Assembly: GCA_965112635.1 (NCBI GenBank)
Contig: OZ218778.1
Location: 832,001 to 896,000, forward strand
Source: an uncultured bacterium
GTDB lineage: Bacteria; Oederibacteriota; Oederibacteriia; Oederibacteriales; Oederibacteriaceae
Reading direction: 5' to 3'
DNA: 64,000 nt
Shown: piece by piece, positions 60,314 to 64,000 of the stretch
Position numbering within the stretch: position 1 is the stretch's first letter
Layout: each line of letters starts with the position of its first letter
Program-made: the position numbers and the translations under genes
Notes under the pieces: generated by a model
Seen by the model: the letters and a program-made list of their open reading frames with translations, nothing else
Database searches by the model: none
Told to the model about the DNA's origin: nothing

Positions 60314-61024
60314 ATGGAAAAGCTCAGAAAATGCAAGGTTTTGGTCATGCTGGTATTTTTATGCTTGTTCGTCATTTCTTATTCCAATAGTTTTGCCTGG
60401 TGGCATGGCGGGCCGGGAGCAAGGTATTTCTGGCATGACGGCCGATGGTGGTGGAGGCACGGCTGGTACGGCTTGGATGTCGTGGTTCCCGCACTTTATA
60501 TCGGGGCAATGGTAGAGAGCCTTCCCTATGGTTATACGGTCGTCAGAGCTGGCGGTGTACCCTACTATTATTATGACGGTTGGTATTATCGGCCCTGCCC
60601 CGAAGGATATATGGTCGTGAACAGACCCGTGATCGTCGATAACACCACGGCTGCCCCAGCGCCTTTACTAGCTACGCCCATTCCCGTTGCGAGCGACGAG
60701 GGTAAAGCAGTGACCATCAGGGTCCCCAACAATAAAGGCGGTTTTACTCCGGTCACTTTGACCAAACATAACAACGGTTATATTGGGCCAGAGGGTGAGT
60801 TTTATGAAGGCAATCCCAGCGTGGAAAAACTAAAAGCTTTATACGGTAACAAAGAGGCAACCATTGCCGATGTCAACACTGTGACCATAAAAATTCCTAA
60901 TGCGGACGGTAGTTTTTCTTCCGTGACCCTGACCAAGTATAAAAAAGGGTACCTGGGACCACAGGGAGAATACTACGAAGGCCATCCCAGCGTTGATGAG
61001 TTAAAGGCGCTTTACGGGAAATAA
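60314..61024 (+). CDS. Secreted DUF6515-like protein with two C-terminal ~46-aa repeats
   Basis: SD AAGGAGG, signal peptide, W/H-rich stretch, IGAMVESLPYGY...YYYYDGWYY...GYMVV, two PN..G.F..V.LTK...GY.GP.GE.YEG.PSV..LKALYG repeats. Confidence 0.75.
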   Translation: MEKLRKCKVLVMLVFLCLFVISYSNSFAWWHGGPGARYFWHDGRWWWRHGWYGLDVVVPALYIGAMVESLPYGYTVVRAGGVPYYYYDGWYYRPCPEGYMVVNRPVIVDNTTAAPAPLLATPIPVASDEGKAVTIRVPNNKGGFTPVTLTKHNNGYIGPEGEFYEGNPSVEKLKALYGNKEATIADVNTVTIKIPNADGSFSSVTLTKYKKGYLGPQGEYYEGHPSVDELKALYGK

Positions 61025-61036
61025 ATGAGGTAAAAA

Positions 61037-61984
61037 GTGAAGATGCAGAAGTTACTACCCATCATGGCAACATTACTGTACATCTTTGTACCTAATCTCT
61101 GGGCTGGAAGCCGGGAGGGTGAATTAGGTTTAAATCTTGACATGCAGTTCGACAATGCCGCCATGCAAGATTTTAATAATAGCTTGACCAGCCAGGGGTT
61201 TTCCAGCCTAGCCAGCGGATTGGGTGGAGGTTTTGGCCTGACCTACGGCTTGACGAAACATCTGGAGGCTGGGATAGGTATTGATTTTCTGGATGTTTAC
61301 AGCACTACGGACGCCGTATTTGGCCATGGGCCATGGAGCAACTACACCCTTGACCTTCCTTTGGACGAGTTTCAGTTCAAGATAGGGTATGTTTTCCCCG
61401 ATGTGGTCAAGCGAGTCGATCTCAAGGCCAACATAGGTATTGCTTATGAGTCCATGACAGGAGGAGACAGCAGTAATGTGCCTGGCTTTTCAGGCACTAA
61501 TTTTAACGCTAGTGGATTAGGAATGCTGTATTCAGTGGGAGCGGAATTTTTTGGATTTTCCAATGTTTCCTTTGGGTTGGATTTGGGTTACCGGCAGGCT
61601 GATCTAAGTCCCGTCAGCTTATCTGGGGCCAATACAGGTAATATGATTTCTGCTAGTGGGTCCAATGCCATGGCTAATTTCGGCGGGCTTTTCACTAAAC
61701 TGAGTTTTAATTGTTATTTTGGACCTCCCATGGAAAAACCAGAGTATGTTATTCACCGGCGTTTAGCGCCTGGTGTTTACGAGGTCGTTCCCAACCAGGA
61801 GAACATCACTCCGCAATCTCCTCTCCAGCAGAGTGAGGTTGTCAACATCAATGTCCCTAATTCCAATGGGGGCTACACCCCGGTCAAGCTGACCAGGCAC
61901 GGCCAGGGCTATGTCGGGCCGCAAGGCGAGTATTACGAGGGTTATCCAAGCATCGACCAACTCAAGGTTTTGTATGGTAATTAG
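61037..61984 (+). CDS. Outer-membrane beta-barrel protein with the same ~46-aa C-terminal domain
   Basis: Signal peptide, alternating Gly/aromatic strands (GFGLTYG, FGLDLGYR, KLSFNCYFG), then the repeat. Confidence 0.7.
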   Translation: MKMQKLLPIMATLLYIFVPNLWAGSREGELGLNLDMQFDNAAMQDFNNSLTSQGFSSLASGLGGGFGLTYGLTKHLEAGIGIDFLDVYSTTDAVFGHGPWSNYTLDLPLDEFQFKIGYVFPDVVKRVDLKANIGIAYESMTGGDSSNVPGFSGTNFNASGLGMLYSVGAEFFGFSNVSFGLDLGYRQADLSPVSLSGANTGNMISASGSNAMANFGGLFTKLSFNCYFGPPMEKPEYVIHRRLAPGVYEVVPNQENITPQSPLQQSEVVNINVPNSNGGYTPVKLTRHGQGYVGPQGEYYEGYPSIDQLKVLYGN

Positions 61985-62127
61985 GGGTTAGCTTATCAAG
62001 TTAAAAAATTTTGAATTTTATTCTTTTAAACAACCAAATGGCTTACTTAAAACCATAAGTTGTTATTTTCTTTTTACCTTCCCTTGGCATGGTAGAATGA
62101 AAGAAATTTTAATGGGGAGTCATTGCG

Positions 62128-62874
62128 GTGTTTAGAAAATATTGGACAGGAAAACTGGTCGCTTTTGTCATCTTCATTATTTTCCTGAGCTGTTCCCAAC
62201 CCAGCCATGAATCCATCAAAATTAACCACCTGGAAAAAGGCATTGAGCTTTATAAAACCGAGCATTTCGCAGCAGCACGGCTGGAGCTGGAACAGGCGGT
62301 CCGAGAAGACCCGGAAGAAGTTTTGGCCCATAATTTTCTTGGCCTGCTCTACAAGCGCCGCGGGATGATCAGCATGGCCATCAAGGAATTTGAGGCGGTC
62401 ATTACACTGGACGAGGATAATGCCCAGGCTTATGTGACCCTTGCCAGGCTTTACCAGCGGGTAGGCAACTATGACCAAGCCGTGGCTGCGGCCATGCAGG
62501 CCAGTCAATTGGACCCCAAGGTCGGCGGCATGCATGATGTGCTGGGGCTGGCCTATCTCAACCAGGGTAAATATGACCAGGCACTCAAAGAGTTCGCGGG
62601 AGCCGTGGAGGATAAAAAGAATCTCGCTTGGGTTTATAACAACATGGGCCTTACCTATATCGTGATGGCCAATTATCATAAAGCTGTTGGAGCCCTTTTG
62701 AAATCCATCCAAGCCGACCCTAAGAATCCTTTAGTCTATAATAATTTGGGGATTGCTTATGAACATCTGGGGCTATATCCCATGGCCGCGGATCAATATA
62801 GAAAAGCGCTCAAAATTGACCAAAATTACGTTAAGGCCAAACAAAACCTCCTCCGCATCGCCTCCAAGGGTTGA
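62128..62874 (+). CDS. TPR-repeat lipoprotein
   Basis: FLSC lipobox; AHNFLGLLY, VYNNMGLTY and VYNNLGIAY TPR motifs. Confidence 0.88.
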   Translation: MFRKYWTGKLVAFVIFIIFLSCSQPSHESIKINHLEKGIELYKTEHFAAARLELEQAVREDPEEVLAHNFLGLLYKRRGMISMAIKEFEAVITLDEDNAQAYVTLARLYQRVGNYDQAVAAAMQASQLDPKVGGMHDVLGLAYLNQGKYDQALKEFAGAVEDKKNLAWVYNNMGLTYIVMANYHKAVGALLKSIQADPKNPLVYNNLGIAYEHLGLYPMAADQYRKALKIDQNYVKAKQNLLRIASKG

Positions 62875-62886
62875 TCCGTTTCTCTT

Positions 62887-63537
62887 ATGAATCATGCCAA
62901 ACAAATAAAAGTTGGGATAAAGTTTCTGGCCAAAAGGGACAGGGTTTTAAGAGGACTCATCAAACAGGCCGGGCCCCTGGAACTAAAACCCGGCCTCAGT
63001 CAAGATCTTTTTTTACCGCTGGCCAGAACCATTATTTTCCAGCAACTGCACGCTAAGGCCGCGTCCAAGATTTTGGGCAGGCTGCAAAACCTTTTTCCAG
63101 GCAAAAAAATGACTCCCCAAAGACTTTTGCAAAAGTCCAACAGGCTGCTGCGCCAAGCCGGTCTATCCCAAAATAAGATGCTGGCGCTCCAAGATCTGGC
63201 CACCAAACACAGCCAGGGGCTTGTTCCTACCAAAAAGCAGCTGTCTGGCCTGACTGACCTGGAGATAATTGACAGGCTCACGCAGATCAGGGGCATCGGC
63301 CCCTGGACCGTGCACATGCTGTTGATCTTCAGGCTGGGGAGGTTGGATGTGCTGCCCACCGGAGATTTTGGGGTGAGGAACGGGTTCCGCCTGGCCTATA
63401 AAAAGAGAAAAATGCCCACGCCCAAGGAGTTGGAAACTTTTGGGGAGGGGTGGAAACCTTACCGTTCCTTAGCTGCCCTTTATTTATGGCGTGTGGTGGA
63501 TTTGCAAAACGGTACTGACTCTACAGGATGGAATTAA
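62887..63537 (+). CDS. DNA-3-methyladenine glycosylase II (AlkA/HhH-GPD family)
   Basis: IIFQQL, LRQAGLS, IRGIGPWT, DVLPTGDFGV, WKPYRSLAALYLW. Confidence 0.93.
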   Translation: MNHAKQIKVGIKFLAKRDRVLRGLIKQAGPLELKPGLSQDLFLPLARTIIFQQLHAKAASKILGRLQNLFPGKKMTPQRLLQKSNRLLRQAGLSQNKMLALQDLATKHSQGLVPTKKQLSGLTDLEIIDRLTQIRGIGPWTVHMLLIFRLGRLDVLPTGDFGVRNGFRLAYKKRKMPTPKELETFGEGWKPYRSLAALYLWRVVDLQNGTDSTGWN

Positions 63538-63556
63538 TAATTAATAGGGAGGAAAA

Positions 63557-64000
63557 ATGGTTGAGCAAAAAATAAATCCCACCCAGTTTATGGCGCAGCC
63601 CATGAAAACCGTGAAGGTAAGGGACAATATTTACATGACCACGGGCGGAGCCGGAGCCAATACCGGTTTTTTCGCAGGCAAAAACAGCGTGCTGGTCATA
63701 GACGCGAAAATGACGTTTGAGGCCGGCAGCGAATTCATAGGACAGATCAAAGAAGTGGCAGCTGCGCCGCTCACGCAGATGGTGATCACGCACAGCGACC
63801 TGGATCACGTGAACGGTCTGGCCGCTTTCCCGAAAACCATGAAAATAACAGCCCATAAAAACACCAGGAATGATATGGAGCAGGCATTTGATGAGCCGGA
63901 ATTAAAGGTTCTGAGCAGTTACCTGCCCAATGATACTTTTGAAAACGGCAGGGAGTTTATTTTTGATGGGATTAAGGTCAAGATATTTCATTTTGGGCCG
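63557..64000 (+). CDS. 3'-truncated MBL-fold metallo-hydrolase
   Basis: SD GGAGG; MVEQK...GGAGANTGFF...VLVIDAK...ITHSDLDHVNG; frame open to the window end. Confidence 0.8.
   Translation, partial: MVEQKINPTQFMAQPMKTVKVRDNIYMTTGGAGANTGFFAGKNSVLVIDAKMTFEAGSEFIGQIKEVAAAPLTQMVITHSDLDHVNGLAAFPKTMKITAHKNTRNDMEQAFDEPELKVLSSYLPNDTFENGREFIFDGIKVKIFHFGP

Overview
A 64-kb bacterial chromosomal window from a diderm organism (it encodes a porin and another outer-membrane beta-barrel); I cannot name the lineage from sequence alone. It has four parts. (1) 1-13.5 kb: + strand genes for secreted HEAT-repeat proteins, DedA, SOD, cytochrome bd, SUI1, a GGDEF protein, a GldA-like dehydrogenase, a PilZ protein and DUF4139. 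(2) About 13.5-44.2 kb: a large phosphate-starvation region. It holds two complete pstSCAB-phoU operons, a porin, phoBR, a CBS-GGDEF protein, a glycolipid synthase, a phosphoesterase/PLC, an acid phosphatase, and an operon of ppx, two thymidylate-kinase-like genes and a basic protein. Eight of its promoters carry 11-bp-phased Pho-box-like repeats, and a small accessory block (vapBC, rhomboid, orphan HigA-like) interrupts it. (3) tRNA-Thr, tuf, rpmG, tRNA-Trp, secE, nusG, rplKAJL, with no rpoB following. (4) An F-type ATP synthase operon and envelope proteins. The strongest candidates for undescribed biology are the TMK-like catalytic/pseudo-kinase pair with a Lys-rich partner next to ppx (probably non-canonical polyphosphate machinery), a PstB pair with exactly complementary degenerate ABC motifs, several unexpected putative Pho-regulon members, and an unusual Fo sector. 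All family calls come from motif recognition by eye; no database searches were run.
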